Shown here: positions 1 to 9,615 of the stretch, piece by piece
Numbering within the stretch: position 1 is the stretch's first letter
Layout: each line of letters starts with the position of its first letter
Assembly: GCA_025935925.1 (NCBI GenBank)
Contig: JAICUI010000003.1
Span: forward strand, 13,018-77,017
Direction of reading: 5' to 3'
Length of the DNA: 64,000 bases
Origin: Chloroflexota bacterium
GTDB taxonomy: Bacteria > Chloroflexota > Limnocylindria > Limnocylindrales > CSP1-4
Made by a program: the position numbers and the translations under genes
The notes under the pieces: generated by a model
The model's database searches: none
The model's input: the letters and a program-made list of their open reading frames with translations, nothing else
Told to the model about the DNA's origin: nothing

Positions 1-847
1 AGAACACGGCTCGTCCCGCCGTCGCCATCGTGATGCGCACGGCCTCCGCGACCCGGTCGGGACCGTCGTGGCGCCCGAGCTCCTCGCGGAACCGGCTCGT
101 CATGAGCAGGGAGTAGTCGACGCCGAGACCCAGACCCAGGAGCGTCGCGAGGTTGAGCACGAAGATGCTCATCGGGATCACGGACGCGACGAGGAAGATG
201 GACGCCAGCGCGACGAGCACCGCGGCGCCCCCGACGGCGAGCGGCACGCCGGCCGCCACGACGCTCCCGAACACGAACAGCAGCGTCAGCGCGGCGAGCG
301 GCAGCGAGATCAGCTCCGAGCGGCGCAGGTCCTGCTCGGTCACGGCCTGGACGTCGCCGTAGAACGCCGGCCCGCCCCCGATCCGCACGGTCAGCCCGGG
401 CACCTCGTGGAGCGCGGCGGCGACGCCCGGGATCGCGTCGGGCGAGTCATCGGGCGGCAGGTCGAGGAACACGATGTCGTACGCGGTGTGGCGGTCGGCG
501 CTGACCTGGCGCGGCGCCAGCGTGTGGGACAGGATCCGGGTCACGTGCGGCGCCGACGCGACGTCCTTCGTCGCCGCCTGGACCGCGGCGACCCACTCCG
601 GCGTCCCGGCTGTCAGGGTGTCCGACGTGTAGGCGAGCACGAACGCCGACGGCTCGACGCCGAGCTCGTCCTGGAGCACCTGCTTCGCGCGGGCGGATTC
701 GAGGTCGTCGAGGATGAAGCCCCCGGCGGACAGCGCGCCGCTGGCGCGGGGCGCGAGCGGCAGCGCCACGATCACGAGCAGCGCCCACGCCGCGACGATC
801 CACCAGCGGCGGCGGACGGCGAAACGGCCGAGGCGATCGAAGCTCAT
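1..847 (-). CDS. MMPL/RND-family membrane transporter (5' part; runs off the window edge)
   Basis: Not in the ORF track. Manual translation from ATG at 847: MSFDRLGRFAVRRRWWIVAAW...GGPAFYGDVQAVTEQDLRRSELISLPLAALTLLFVFGSVVAAGVPL...LGLGLGVDYSLLMTSRFREEL, the typical MMPL signatures. Confidence 0.9.
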   Translation of the reverse strand, partial: MSFDRLGRFAVRRRWWIVAAWALLVIVALPLAPRASGALSAGGFILDDLESARAKQVLQDELGVEPSAFVLAYTSDTLTAGTPEWVAAVQAATKDVASAPHVTRILSHTLAPRQVSADRHTAYDIVFLDLPPDDSPDAIPGVAAALHEVPGLTVRIGGGPAFYGDVQAVTEQDLRRSELISLPLAALTLLFVFGSVVAAGVPLAVGGAAVLVALASIFLVASVIPMSIFVLNLATLLGLGLGVDYSLLMTSRFREELGRHDGPDRVAEAVRITMATAGRAVF

Positions 848-995
848 GCGTGATCCGGTTCGGGGAAGGTCGGCGCTTGGATCGTAGTGCCGATGCCGCG
901 ACCGGGCCGCCGGGCTCGTCTGCTAGCATCGTGCCGCCGCGTTCCAGCCGCGGCGCCGTGCGAATCGAAGCCGCCTCTCGTCGAAGGACCCGCGC

Positions 996-1331
996 GTGAC
1001 GATCTTCACGATCTGGTTCCAGGACTTCCCGAACAACATGGTCATCTTCCTGATGGCCTCGTTCGTGGCCGCCGCGTTCGTCGTCACATTCCTGCGCTCG
1101 GCGCTGGTCGCCGAGGGCGGCCGGCACGGGTGGGCGCGCCGGATCACGGGCCCCAACGCCAAGCTGCTGTTCGGTGTGCTCGTGATCGCGTGGTGCCTCG
1201 TGTTCGGCATCACGCTGCAGATCGTCCCGCACGAAGGTGCGAGCTCGCCCTACGGCGGCATCGCGCTGATCGGCATGTTCACCGGCTTCTTCATCATGAT
1301 GGGCCTGATCTGGAGCGTGATCGGGGAGTAG
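996..1331 (+). CDS. Small integral membrane protein, about 3 TM helices, unknown function
   Basis: 111 aa, strongly hydrophobic, GC3-rich codons, divergent from the MMPL gene. Confidence 0.75.
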   Translation: MTIFTIWFQDFPNNMVIFLMASFVAAAFVVTFLRSALVAEGGRHGWARRITGPNAKLLFGVLVIAWCLVFGITLQIVPHEGASSPYGGIALIGMFTGFFIMMGLIWSVIGE

Positions 1332-1427
1332 GCGCACCACCTGCGTCCATCGGCCCCTTGTCCGCGCGCCGTCCGGTCGTGTAGCGTCCGCGCAGCCGCC
1401 GGCCGAGGCGGGCTTCGAGGGGTTCGC

Positions 1428-3113
1428 ATGCTGTCGTCCCGGCGGGCACGTGCGGTCGGTCGCCTGATCGCGCTGGCGGTCGTCACCCTCGCGTCGCTCG
1501 CGCCGAGCGCGGCGCTGCCCGTCGCGGCATCGACGCCGACGACGCCGACGATCGACTTCGACAAGGTCGCGTCGGCGCACGAGATGTCGCTCATCTTCTA
1601 CGCGATCCCGGACCGCGGCTCGCCGAGGACGGTCTGGGTGTCCTGCGACGGCGGCACGACGACGAGCGATCCGTATCCGTTCGCCTCGCGGATCGACCAC
1701 GTCTCGCTCGACCTGCCCGGGTGCGAGGGCTATGGCCTGAAGACCGTCGACGTGCAGGTCGAGGACGCGCTGGGCCCCATCAAGTGGGGCCAGGTGCAGC
1801 CGGACATCGAGCCGGATCTCGTCATCGAGCGGCCGCTGCCCGCGATCACCGGCCACCCGTTCACGCTCGCGCCGAGGTACCCAGCGGACTACGCGGCGCC
1901 GGCCGATTCGATCTGCCAGTACGAGCTGCGGTGGGGTGACGACCGGTCGCTCCGCGAGAACGACTACGACGCGACGTTCGGCGCGCTCGGGTTCCGCGCA
2001 CCCGTCGTCGCCGGGAACTGCCAGAGCTGGACGTTCAGCCTCCCGTGGGTCCCGTACCCGCAGTTCGAGCTCTACCTCGAGGTCTGCCGGATCAACGCCG
2101 AGGAGATCACCTGCTGGGACCAGGCGGAGGTCTTCTTCCGCGCGGAGGTCGATGGGACGAACCCGCGAATCACGTCCTCCAACCTGCCGATCGCGCAGGT
2201 GCTGCCGAGCACCTACACGCCGATCGTCGGGCAGCCGCTGACCTATACCCGGTACCTCATCGCTGGAGCCAAGGCGGGTGCGGACAACCGCTGGACGGCG
2301 TGGCAGGGCAAGGGCGACTTCCCGAACCAGTGGAACCAGCAGGGCGGGTCGACGTTCACCTTCACGCCCTGGGAGACCGGTGACATCCTGGTCAGCTGGC
2401 AGCGCTTCTCGGGCGACTGGCTGTACGCCATGTTCGATCCGCCCGTCCGGTATCCGGATCGCTATCGCCCGAACACCACACCGCCGGTCGCGAAGCTCGA
2501 CGGCGGGACGCTCGGAACGACCGTTCCCGTCGTGCTCAGCTGGACCGGCAGCGACCGTGGCTGGGGGATCGACCGCTACCAGATCGACCGGAGTGTCGAC
2601 GGCGGCGCGTGGACGCGCGTCACGTCGCAGAAGGCGAAGACCCTGGCCCAGCGGCTGGCGACCGGTCATCGCTACCGCTACCGCGTCCGCGCGATCGACA
2701 AGGCCGGGAACAGGGGCGACTGGGACGCCGGCCCCGCATTCCGGCCGCGGATGATCGGGGACGCGAGCCCCGACGTGCGCTACTCGGCGAGCTGGAGGAG
2801 CGTCCCGGACTCGACGGCAGCCGGTGGGTCCCTCCACGAGTCCGGCGTCGCCGGCGCGACGGCGCGCTATGCGTTCACGGGCCGGTCCTTCGCGTGGGTC
2901 GCGGAACGTGGGCCGACGCACGGCAAGGCGAAGGTTTACGTCGACGGCTCGCTGGTGACGACCGTGGACCTCGGGGCGACCAGTGAGCTTGCGCGCCGGA
3001 TCGTGGTTCGCCGCTCGTGGAGCGCTGCCGGCACGCACCACGTGAAGATCGTCGTCCTGGCAACCGCGGGTCGACCGACGGTCGACGTCGATGGGTTGCT
3101 CGTGCTCCGGTAG
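1428..3113 (+). CDS. Secreted protein with a fibronectin type III-like domain and a C-terminal beta-sandwich (carbohydrate-binding-like) domain
   Basis: N-terminal signal peptide (RRARAVGRLIALAVVTLASLAPSAA); FN3-like VVLSWTGSD..GIDRYQI..YRYRVRAIDKAGN; C-terminal FTGRSFAWVAERGPTHGKAKVYVDG. Confidence 0.8.
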   Translation: MLSSRRARAVGRLIALAVVTLASLAPSAALPVAASTPTTPTIDFDKVASAHEMSLIFYAIPDRGSPRTVWVSCDGGTTTSDPYPFASRIDHVSLDLPGCEGYGLKTVDVQVEDALGPIKWGQVQPDIEPDLVIERPLPAITGHPFTLAPRYPADYAAPADSICQYELRWGDDRSLRENDYDATFGALGFRAPVVAGNCQSWTFSLPWVPYPQFELYLEVCRINAEEITCWDQAEVFFRAEVDGTNPRITSSNLPIAQVLPSTYTPIVGQPLTYTRYLIAGAKAGADNRWTAWQGKGDFPNQWNQQGGSTFTFTPWETGDILVSWQRFSGDWLYAMFDPPVRYPDRYRPNTTPPVAKLDGGTLGTTVPVVLSWTGSDRGWGIDRYQIDRSVDGGAWTRVTSQKAKTLAQRLATGHRYRYRVRAIDKAGNRGDWDAGPAFRPRMIGDASPDVRYSASWRSVPDSTAAGGSLHESGVAGATARYAFTGRSFAWVAERGPTHGKAKVYVDGSLVTTVDLGATSELARRIVVRRSWSAAGTHHVKIVVLATAGRPTVDVDGLLVLR

Positions 3114-3166
3114 TCAAGGTCGCGTAGACGGCCGCGTTCCGCCTCCGGTACGATGCCTCCATTCAG

Positions 3167-3187
3167 ACTGCATAAGTTCTATGCAGT
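3167..3187. promoter_or_regulatory. Perfect inverted repeat ACTGCATA-N5-TATGCAGT, putative operator upstream of kamA
   Basis: AT-rich palindrome just downstream of a possible -10 box (TACGAT, 3149-3154) and about 30 bp before the kamA start. Confidence 0.55.
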
Positions 3188-3214
3188 CGAGGCCCAGCGG
3201 GAGGTTCGGAGCAG

Positions 3215-4750
3215 GTGGAGTCCCAGGCGCACGGCTCGGGCATGGTGAAGGCAGAGGAGACGCCGTTCGTCAACCGGCGTGATCCCGCGCTGCAGCTCGG
3301 TCCCGACGGTCTGCCCGCACGAAGCCGCCGCGCGCCGATGTGGGACGACGTTCCCGACGAGAAGTGGAACGACTGGCGCTGGCAGCTGAGCCACCGGGTC
3401 AACGACCTCGCCGAGATCGAGCAGATCCTCGAGCTCACCGACGAGGAGCGCGAGGGTCTCAGCGCCCCGGACAAGTTCCGGGTCGACGTCACGCCCTACT
3501 TCATCAGCCTCATCGACCCCAGGAATCCGGACGACCCGATTCGCCGCCAGATCATCCCGCTCGGCCGCGAGCTTCGGAGCTTCACCGGGATGATGGAGGA
3601 CTCGCTCGCCGAGGACCGCCACTCGCCGGTCCCGGGCCTGGTCCATCGCTACCCCGATCGGGTCCTGATGCTCATCACGACCCAGTGCGCGAGCTACTGC
3701 CGCTACTGCACCCGGTCGCGGATCGTCGGCGACCCGACCCAGAACTTCAACCGCCGCGAGCACGAGGCCCAGCTCGACTACATCCGGCGCACCCCGCAGA
3801 TCCGCGACGTGTTGATCTCGGGCGGCGACGGCCTGACCCTCGCGCCGAAGCTGCTCGAATCGGCGCTCCGCGGCCTCCGCGAGATCCCGCACGTCGAGGT
3901 GATCCGGATCGGTTCCCGGGTGCCGATCTTCCTCCCGCAGCGGATCGACGACGAGCTGTGCGAGATGCTCGCGAAGTACCACCCGCTGTGGATGAACATC
4001 CACGTCAACCACCCCCAGGAGATCACCCCGGAGCTGGCGCGGGCGTGCGACAAGCTCTCGCGCGCCGGGATCCCGCTCGGCAACCAGTCGGTCCTGCTCG
4101 CCGGCGTGAACGACTGCGTGCACATTCAGCGCGAGCTCGTGCATCGGCTCGTCGAGAACCGCGTCCGGCCGTACTACATCTACCAGTGCGACCTGGTCGA
4201 GGGTGCCGGGCACTTCCGGACGCCGGTCGGCAAGGGGCTCGAGATCATCGAGGGGCTGCGCGGCCACACCTCGGGCTACGCGGTGCCGCAGTTCATCGTC
4301 GATGCGCCCGGCGGCGGCGGGAAGATCCCGGTCATGCCGAACTACCTCGTGTCGTACTCGGACCACAAGGTGATCCTGCGCAACTACGAGGGGTACATCA
4401 CGACCTACGAGGAGCCGCAGGACTACCGGCCGCATGACCAGGCGTCGTGCCAGTACTGCCAGCATCCGCGGCCGGAGCCGGGCCAGGAGGGGATCACCGG
4501 GCTGCTCGACGGCAAGCGGATGTGGATCGAGCCCGCGGGGTTCGGGCAGGTCCACGAGCGCGGCACGCAGGAGCAGCACCGCCTGAAGGACCCGTCGAAG
4601 TGGGTGCCGTTCGGAGTCGGGGCGATCGACGGAACGGCGATCGCGACCGAGCTGCCCGTGCTCCAGTCCGGTGCGGATTACGGGCCCGGCGAGGAGCCGA
4701 GGCCGGCCGAGGGGCTGCCGTCGGGCTCCGCGAACCACGAGCTGCTCTGA
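3215..4750 (+). CDS. kamA: Lysine 2,3-aminomutase (KamA-family radical SAM/PLP enzyme)
   Basis: CASYCRYC radical-SAM motif; HRYPDRVL; YQCD and VDAPGGGGKIP motifs carrying the two lysine-binding Asp and the PLP Lys. Start may be 3242. Confidence 0.92.
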   Translation: MESQAHGSGMVKAEETPFVNRRDPALQLGPDGLPARSRRAPMWDDVPDEKWNDWRWQLSHRVNDLAEIEQILELTDEEREGLSAPDKFRVDVTPYFISLIDPRNPDDPIRRQIIPLGRELRSFTGMMEDSLAEDRHSPVPGLVHRYPDRVLMLITTQCASYCRYCTRSRIVGDPTQNFNRREHEAQLDYIRRTPQIRDVLISGGDGLTLAPKLLESALRGLREIPHVEVIRIGSRVPIFLPQRIDDELCEMLAKYHPLWMNIHVNHPQEITPELARACDKLSRAGIPLGNQSVLLAGVNDCVHIQRELVHRLVENRVRPYYIYQCDLVEGAGHFRTPVGKGLEIIEGLRGHTSGYAVPQFIVDAPGGGGKIPVMPNYLVSYSDHKVILRNYEGYITTYEEPQDYRPHDQASCQYCQHPRPEPGQEGITGLLDGKRMWIEPAGFGQVHERGTQEQHRLKDPSKWVPFGVGAIDGTAIATELPVLQSGADYGPGEEPRPAEGLPSGSANHELL

Positions 4751-4802
4751 GCCCAGTCGCCGAGGCGCGCGGTTGGGCGGCGGCGGGAGTGCGGAGCGGC
4801 GA

Positions 4803-4853
4803 GCATGCCGCCGAAGCGTGCGCCCGCTCACCGGCGCGCATGCCGCCGAAGCG
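4803..4853. repeat. 16-bp direct repeat GCATGCCGCCGAAGCG x2 in a roughly 500-bp intergenic region
   Basis: Two copies about 35 bp apart, read directly from the sequence. Confidence 0.7.
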
Positions 4854-5245
4854 CCCAGCGGTTCGTGTGCGCGTTCCCCGCGTCGAGCTGACCGGGCGGC
4901 GCGAACCGCGCTGATCCGACCCGACTCGTGCCGGATCTGCCGGTAGGCGACGCGATCGGCGCGTCCGGCGTGCAGGCCAGCCGCTGGGCGAAGCGCGGGG
5001 CCCTTGGGCGAACCTGGGGGCGCAGTGCGGCGGGAACCAGGGCGAAGGTAAGCGCGACCCGCGAGAAACCGCCCGCGAAGCTGCCGCGCGCGTAGGGCGA
5101 GGCGCGGACGTTCGTGGCGGGGCGGAGGGCTGGTCGAACCTCCGGGCGTGCGACGAAGCGGGCGCGAACCCGCGGCCTGCGGGCTCCGCACCGGCGTCGC
5201 ACGGACAACCGGGGAGGCCCGTGCCGACCGTCTGTTGCCCGGTCC

Positions 5246-5932
5246 TCACCCGCCCGACGTGTCCTCCTGGTAGGGGAATCCCTGGACCGTCGAGCGGGCG
5301 GACGCGTTGTCGCACGGCGGCGGCGAGATGAACGGATCCGGCGCCGCGTCGCGGGCATCCGTGCCGAACCCGACCCAGACCGTCGACACGTCCGCCGGCA
5401 GCCCGTCGCACCAGTTGCGCCAGATCGCACGGGCGCGCGCCTTCGCGTTCGGCCGTAGCACGACGGGCGGTGCGACCGCGTCCGGCGTGTCGCCGGGCCA
5501 CGGGTCCTGCCGCGCCTCGTACGTCGTCGGGAGGCTGCCGCCACCTGCGCGGAGCCCGAGCGAGGCGGGCGCCCCGGCCAGCACGCACGGGGCGCCGCTC
5601 GTGTTCGTGACATCGATGATCAGCACGACCGTGCCGTTCGACGGCTCCCCCGCGACGTCGAGGTCGACCCCGTCCGGCGCGCACGGCGCGGCGTCCACTG
5701 ACGAACCGACGGGCGTCGGCGGGGGAGCGGTGGCCGGCGCGACCGTGACCGACGGCGTGGGTTGCGGCGCAGCGGTCGGCGAGGGCGTCGCGTTCCGCGC
5801 CGCGCTCGAGCTCGCGGCGCTCGGCGCGGACGACGCGACACCGCCCGGCGTCGGGCTGGCGGGCGTCGCGGACGCGCCACACCCCGCGACCAGGAACACG
5901 ACGCCCGCGAGCACGCCGGCGGACCTACGCAT
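5246..5932 (-). CDS. Lipoprotein with a DUF4232-like domain
   Basis: Lipobox VAGC after a short signal peptide; S/P/A/T-rich linker; C..TNTSGAPCVLAGAP pattern. Confidence 0.75.
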   Translation of the reverse strand: MRRSAGVLAGVVFLVAGCGASATPASPTPGGVASSAPSAASSSAARNATPSPTAAPQPTPSVTVAPATAPPPTPVGSSVDAAPCAPDGVDLDVAGEPSNGTVVLIIDVTNTSGAPCVLAGAPASLGLRAGGGSLPTTYEARQDPWPGDTPDAVAPPVVLRPNAKARARAIWRNWCDGLPADVSTVWVGFGTDARDAAPDPFISPPPCDNASARSTVQGFPYQEDTSGG

Positions 5933-6701
5933 GGGCGGCGTCGCGGAGATCGTCGGGCGTCAGGCGCAGACCGCGGCTCCCGCCCGTCGGGCCGTCCTGC
6001 TCGAGCAGGCGCCATCCCGGGAGGCCGGATCGGCGCTTCGATCCCGCAAGGACGTCCGCGACCGCCGCGGCAACGACGGCCGGCGCCGGATCCTCGAGCC
6101 GCGCGATCGCGGCGAGCACGTCGCGCGCGATGAGCCGTGTCGCGACAATCGGCTCGTTGCCCAGGAGATCACGCCGGACGAGGGACTCGGCGTCGTCGAT
6201 GCCCTCGGCCTCGAGCGCGGCGATCATCCGGCGCGCCGTCCGCGCGAGGCCGCGGTCGCGATCCTCGAGCTCGTCGAGCCAGGTCCGCTTCGCCGGCTCG
6301 GGCTCGGTCGCGTGGTCGGGTTCGCCGGCGGCTCCGTCGTCCTCCCCGGGCGCGTCGGCACCGTCAGTCGCGTCGCGTCGTTCGCGATCGGGCACCGCCA
6401 TGAGCCGCGGGCGCTTCGGCCGCGACGCCGCCTCCTTGATCCGCTCGGCGAACGGCGACGCCTCGGGCGCCTGGCCTCGCGCCGCGTCCGCCGCCGTCTT
6501 CGCCTCGTCGAGCGTGGCGTACGGCCCCGTGGTCCGCCCGAGCCCGAGCTCGTCGAGCGAGTCGGCGTCCGTGACGAACCACCGTCCCGAGCCCTCCGAC
6601 TCCAGCGTGAACCGGTCGTCCGACGATCGGTAGCGGCCCGCCTCGGCGCGCTGCCACGGCTTGGGCGGGGCCGCCTTCCTGGCGCGTGTGGCCTTCGGCA
6701 T
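5925..6701 (-). CDS. Hypothetical protein
   Basis: Likely start MPKATRARK (ATG at 6701); GC3-biased; overlaps the start of the lipoprotein gene. Confidence 0.7.
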   Translation of the reverse strand: MPKATRARKAAPPKPWQRAEAGRYRSSDDRFTLESEGSGRWFVTDADSLDELGLGRTTGPYATLDEAKTAADAARGQAPEASPFAERIKEAASRPKRPRLMAVPDRERRDATDGADAPGEDDGAAGEPDHATEPEPAKRTWLDELEDRDRGLARTARRMIAALEAEGIDDAESLVRRDLLGNEPIVATRLIARDVLAAIARLEDPAPAVVAAAVADVLAGSKRRSGLPGWRLLEQDGPTGGSRGLRLTPDDLRDAAHA

Positions 6702-6748
6702 GGACGCATCGTACGAGGCGACGAGCCGCGGCACCCTAGAATCGCCAC

Positions 6749-6976
6749 ATGCCAACCCGCAAGCGCCGCGACTCGCTCGGCCAGACGATCGGCGGCGTGC
6801 TGTTCGGGTTCGAGCAGCAGGTCCTTCGCACGGAGCCGCCCGCGCAGGAGCTGGTCCACCATGCGAGACCGGACAACCCGCTGCCGGCCGGCGACGGGTC
6901 GCTCGTCACGATCGAGCTGCCGGTGCCGGACGATCCGGATCCCGCCGCGCGCCCGGACCGGGGATCCCGCGGATGA
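6749..6976 (+). CDS. Small hypothetical protein
   Basis: 75 aa; its stop overlaps the next start (ATGA at 6973-6976). Confidence 0.65.
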   Translation: MPTRKRRDSLGQTIGGVLFGFEQQVLRTEPPAQELVHHARPDNPLPAGDGSLVTIELPVPDDPDPAARPDRGSRG

Positions 6977-7416
6977 CCGCCGACGCCGCCCCGTTCGACC
7001 GCCGGCCGCTCCCTGCCGGCTTCCCGGCCGACCGTCCGCAGCCGCCGGTGATCGCGGAATCGGGCGATCCGTTCGCGGCGCTTCGGGTGATCGACGCCGT
7101 CGCGCGCCTGGAGCGCGGCCGCGAGGTCCGGATCGACCACCTCGTCGATCGCCTCAACGCGGCCCACCTGGACTGGGTGTTCCCGAAGCCGGCCGTGATC
7201 GACGCGTTGATCGCCCTCCAGGCGAACTGGACCGCCGACTACCGGTCCGGCAGCGGCATCCTCGTCGACGAGGGCGACCGCGGTGCGACGCTGACCGTGG
7301 AGGACACGTCGCGGATGGACCCATGGCTCGTCGCCCAGGCGGAGCGGCTGGCCGCGGAGTGCCGCGAGGCGCTGCGCGCCTTCGCCCGCCGCGACACCCC
7401 GTTCGGCGGCGGCTGA
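6973..7416 (+). CDS. Hypothetical protein (possibly winged-helix-like)
   Basis: C-terminal part of track ORF 6661..7416; true start MTADAAPF, coupled to the upstream gene. Confidence 0.7.
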   Translation: MTADAAPFDRRPLPAGFPADRPQPPVIAESGDPFAALRVIDAVARLERGREVRIDHLVDRLNAAHLDWVFPKPAVIDALIALQANWTADYRSGSGILVDEGDRGATLTVEDTSRMDPWLVAQAERLAAECREALRAFARRDTPFGGG

Positions 7417-7417
7417 C

Positions 7418-8272
7418 CTACAGCATCCCCGGGTTCGGCAGGAGCCGCAGCGGGTCGACGAGCGACGCATCGGTCGCGAGGAACTGGTCGCGGTCGACGA
7501 TCCGGAACCGGGCGTCCAGCAGCGAGCGCAGCAGCGGGTTCGGACCCGGCACCTCGACGTGGAGCAGCGGGTTGTCGCGCGCCGCCCGGCGCATCGCGGC
7601 GAACCCGACCGCCACCCGGTCGGCGCCCGGCCGCACGAGCAGCCGATCGAGGGCCCGCGCCGGGCCGGCCTGGCGCGCCCGGGCATACCCGATCGCGGCC
7701 GCACCGAGCTCGTCCTCGACGATGAACGCGTCGCCGTCCGGCGCGGCCGCCCAGTACGCGTGGTCGACGGTCCGGTCCGCGCCATCCCACGCGAGCTCCA
7801 GCTCGGCGCCCTCACCCGGCGCGGCCGAACGGACCCTCACGCCTCGGCGCGGCTCGGGCAGCGTCGCGACGTCGCCCTCGAGGTAGAAGTCGGTCCAGAG
7901 CGGCACCATCCCCGCGCGAACGTACAGCGGGATCGCGCGCGGGTCGTCGGACGCGAACGTCGCCCGCGCGCTCGCCCCGTCGAACACGGCGTCGAGCAAC
8001 CGCCGCCCGATCCCGGACCCCAGCCGGTCCGGGTGTACGAACAGGTCCGACAGCATCCGGCACCAGCCGGTGTCGAGCGCCGCGCCGAAGCCGACGACGT
8101 CGCCGCCGTCGACCGCCACGCGGACGATGTGGTGGCCGACGAGATGACGGACGTACGGACCGACGATGTCGATCCCACCGGGCTCGACGACCGTGTCGTT
8201 GTCGTGTGCGCGGAGGAGCGCGCGGATCGCCGGGATGTCGGCCGTCGCCGCCGGACGGATCTCGGGCGCCAT
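7418..8272 (-). CDS. GNAT-family N-acetyltransferase
   Basis: MAPEIRPAATADIPAI...LSDLFVHPDRLGSGIGRRLL (acetyl-CoA motif A)...AIPLYVRAGM. Confidence 0.85.
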   Translation of the reverse strand: MAPEIRPAATADIPAIRALLRAHDNDTVVEPGGIDIVGPYVRHLVGHHIVRVAVDGGDVVGFGAALDTGWCRMLSDLFVHPDRLGSGIGRRLLDAVFDGASARATFASDDPRAIPLYVRAGMVPLWTDFYLEGDVATLPEPRRGVRVRSAAPGEGAELELAWDGADRTVDHAYWAAAPDGDAFIVEDELGAAAIGYARARQAGPARALDRLLVRPGADRVAVGFAAMRRAARDNPLLHVEVPGPNPLLRSLLDARFRIVDRDQFLATDASLVDPLRLLPNPGML

Positions 8273-8277
8273 CGCGC

Positions 8278-9453
8278 CTACGCGGCCCGCGGACCGCGAC
8301 CGTGGCGGGCGAGGATGTCGAGGAGCCTTCCGTGGTCGATGGCGTAGGCCGTGATCCCGTCGCGGCCGGTCATCGTCTCGGCGGCGAGCAGTGCGTTCAC
8401 GACGGCCGCCTCGACCGCCTCGACGGTCGCCTGGAACAGGGGCGACATCGCGCGGTCGACGACGAACCGGGCTTCCAGCGTCCGCCGCGGGTCGCGTTCG
8501 GTTCCCACCGGTCCGAGCCCGCGGTTGCCGGTCGCGAACGCGAGGAACAGGTCGCCCGAGCCGTTCGACGCGATGCTGCCCATCCGGGCGAGGCCGAGGC
8601 CCGCCCGCTGCGCGATCCGCTCGCACTGGTGCGGCAGCAGCGGGGCGTCCGTCGCGAGGATCACGATGATCGACCCGCCGGACGGGCCGGACCGGCTCGA
8701 CGGGATCGGCGGCGGCTCGTGGCGCGCGGCGTCGAGCGCATCCATGGCGTCCCACGGGCTGGGGACCTCCGACACGGGGATCGCCTGGCCGACGGGGACG
8801 CCGTCGACGCGCAGCAGCTCTCGCGAGCCGTAGTTCGCCTGGACGAGCGCGCCGACGGTCCACCCGCCGTCGGCGTCGGGCACCCGCCGGGACGCCGTGC
8901 CGATCCCGCCCTTGAACTCGTGGAGGATCATCCCGGTCCCGCCACCGACGTTGCCCTCCGCCACGTCAGCACCCCTCGCACCGGCGAGCGCCGCGTCGAC
9001 GTGCTCGGCGCGCACGTGCTGGCCGTCCATGTCGTTCAGCGCGCCGTCGAACGTCTCGCCCACGACGGGCAGCGACCAGTACACGCCCTGGCCCGCGTTC
9101 TCCCGGGCGGCGTGCGCCACCAGCGCGTCGCGCACGACGCCGACGCTGTGCGTGTTCGTGATGGCGACGACGCCGCCCAGCATCCCGGACTCGCGGACCC
9201 ATTCGAGCCCGGTGAGCTCGCCGTTGCCATTCAGGCGGTGACAGCCGGCGAACACGGGCTCGGTCCAGACGTGGTCCTCGTGCGGGACCACGACGGTCAC
9301 GCCAGTGCGGATCGGGCCCTCCCCGACGACGAGGGGACCATCGCCCTCGATGAGCGTGGTGTGGCCCACGAGCACGCCCGGCACGTCGGTGATGGCGTCG
9401 CGCCGCCCGGGTTCGAACAGGCCGATCCGCAGGCCGAGCTCTCGCGCGCGCAA
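8278..9453 (-). CDS. P1/S58-family peptidase (DmpA-like L-aminopeptidase/D-esterase)
   Basis: TTG start after AGGAGG; RARELG..G..DAITDVPGVLVGH; GNVGGGTGM; GSIIVILATDAPL (autocleavage G-S); NGSGD. Confidence 0.9.
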   Translation of the reverse strand: MRARELGLRIGLFEPGRRDAITDVPGVLVGHTTLIEGDGPLVVGEGPIRTGVTVVVPHEDHVWTEPVFAGCHRLNGNGELTGLEWVRESGMLGGVVAITNTHSVGVVRDALVAHAARENAGQGVYWSLPVVGETFDGALNDMDGQHVRAEHVDAALAGARGADVAEGNVGGGTGMILHEFKGGIGTASRRVPDADGGWTVGALVQANYGSRELLRVDGVPVGQAIPVSEVPSPWDAMDALDAARHEPPPIPSSRSGPSGGSIIVILATDAPLLPHQCERIAQRAGLGLARMGSIASNGSGDLFLAFATGNRGLGPVGTERDPRRTLEARFVVDRAMSPLFQATVEAVEAAVVNALLAAETMTGRDGITAYAIDHGRLLDILARHGRGPRAA

Positions 9454-9615
9454 ACGATCCCTCCTGCGTGCCCCGGGCGGGGCAGGTGGCCCCCCATCCC
9501 GTCCGGGCGCGTCCCGGCGTCCGCCTATCATCGCGGCGTGCCCGACGTCCCGGAAGCCCGTCTCGTTTCCTACCCGCCGGCGCCGGATTCGGTTGCACGC
9601 CGCGACGGCGCCGCG

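Noticed and set aside
447-3041. 864-aa minus-strand ORF and similar giant ORFs (17691..21953 +, 17104..21240 -, 23557..26379 -, 28096..31992 -, 31728..34436 +, 36913..38919 +, 50904..53747 +, 58404..61364 +)
   Set aside because: These are antisense or off-frame shadows of well-supported genes. They are R/P/A/G-rich with no motifs, as expected when stop codons are rare at very high GC.
4900-4950. CCGGTAGGCGA resembling the 3' end of a c-di-AMP (ydaO) riboswitch
   Set aside because: The other conserved blocks (GCCGAATCC, GGGGAACC, CCCGTCAGCTAA) are absent, and it does not precede a gene in that orientation.
6973-7416. C-terminal GGG (and the SGG end of 5246..5932) as the missing ubiquitin-like sulfur carrier for MoeB/JAB
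   Set aside because: Neither protein has beta-grasp size or pattern. One is a lipoprotein, and both are about 19 kb from moeB.
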